A DNA stretch of 62,907 nt, filler included, from Octopus bimaculoides (lineage: Eukaryota), in NCBI RefSeq assembly GCF_001194135.2. It is 7 parts of 5 records of this genome, joined end to end, with 100 filler letters (N's around TTAATTAATTAA, not from the genome) between each part and the next. Parts side by side here need not be neighbours in the genome. Positions count along the whole stretch, not along the records: positions 59,023 to 62,907 come from NW_026364416.1; 6 more parts are not named here. One strand, 5' to 3'. Positions 62,073 through 62,907 of the stretch are shown one piece after another (the stretch's first letter is position 1; the number at the start of each line of letters is the position of its first letter). The notes under the pieces are model-generated. The model ran no database searches. It had not been told where the DNA came from and saw only the letters and a program-made list of their open reading frames with translations. The translations under genes were made by a program, and so were the position numbers.

Positions 62073-62907
62073 ACATTTTAAAGATGAAACATACTTTTAT
62101 GCGCATACGCGTTTAGATATCGTTGAAAGTATTTTGAAGACATTTTCGAAAAATAACCTAATAATTTAATTGGTTGACGTAATACGATATTGTTTTCATA
62201 GCGTTTAATATGAAAAAGCTGCTACGTACGGAAAATGGAGAATTTATTCAATGTAGAGTAGAAGGAGAGCAAGGAAGAAAGAGGAATGAATTGGAGAATG
62301 GAGGACAAAGAAAGAAGTTGGATATGAAAGAGTAGAAAGCGGAGGAAAAAGGGAAAAGTTGATAAATAGTTTAAAAGTGTTCACATAATTTATTGATTTT
62401 TGAAAAAAGAGAACAAAAATATGTTCCTCCATTTTAATTTGATCGAAAGACGAAGAGAAATACAAATATAAGAAAGGTTGAAAAGAAAATGGCTGACGTG
62501 AAAAGAGAAAAGTATTTTGCTCTTTAGTAATAATAAAATGGCGCCTAAAAGAAAGTTTACGCGGCGGTGTATTTAAAAGGAAATGATGAAATATGGATCG
62601 AAGAGAAAGGAAAGGAAAACGAGAAGAAGAAGAAGAAGAAGAAATGAAAAGGTTTTAGAAATGATCTCAGAATATCTTGATATGGAAAATCCTTATAAAC
62701 GATAGCTGCGAAGTATGAATATAACGACTGAAAAATTAATTATTGATAATCATTGGCTTATGAATGTTTATGTTCAATGAAAGGAAGTAAATTTAGTGGC
62801 TTTTGTAATATATATATATATATATATATATAATTGGATAAATAAATTAAAGTATATAATTAAAATTAATTAACGGTTTGGGAGGGGTGGGTACGGAAGG
62901 AGTGTGG

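Noticed and set aside
299-62465. Most ORFs in the supplied track (YIYI, VCVC, HTHT, poly-X, poly-Y/S/L/N)
   Set aside because: They are translations of di-, tri- and tetranucleotide microsatellites or N gaps, with no coding signal.
62537-62575. ATG GCG CCT AAA AGA AAG (MAPKRK) as a transposase start
   Set aside because: The frame closes after 12 codons and I found no TIR or downstream domain in the window.

Overview
AT-rich eukaryotic genomic DNA, very probably an octopus. The SINE families, the dense (AT)n/(AC)n/(TAA)n microsatellites and the gap style fit Octopus bimaculoides; this is my recognition, not a database result. The draft scaffold has many N gaps, six of which carry an artificial six-frame-stop linker (ttaattaattaa). 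I found no complete protein-coding gene, rRNA, true tRNA gene or CRISPR array, and almost all ORFs in the supplied track are microsatellite or gap artefacts. The window is a transposon graveyard: about 14 CORE-type tRNA-SINE copies, Nin/Deu-type SINEs (including a four-copy tandem array), a ~3 kb decayed RTE LINE, R4/Dong, CR1-like and probable L1/Tx1 fragments, a full-length decayed mariner with TIRs and TA duplication, a maT fragment and several MITEs. The most unusual signals are: (1) a 6.1 kb contig (16652-22789) whose repeats have lost nearly all CpG while sister copies elsewhere keep them; (2) a ~1 kb fold-back with nested inverted and direct duplications (23342-24350); (3) a Myb/SANT (trihelix) ORF joined to a CR1-like RT 3' fragment below a degenerate tandem duplication (6278-7510); (4) a (TAA)n-associated element with inverted ends inside a mirror-symmetric R4/Dong nest (53340-54340); (5) three phase-compatible small exons on the minus strand (59340-61452), the best evidence for a host gene. 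I cannot support a confidently new biological system; these are leads to test.
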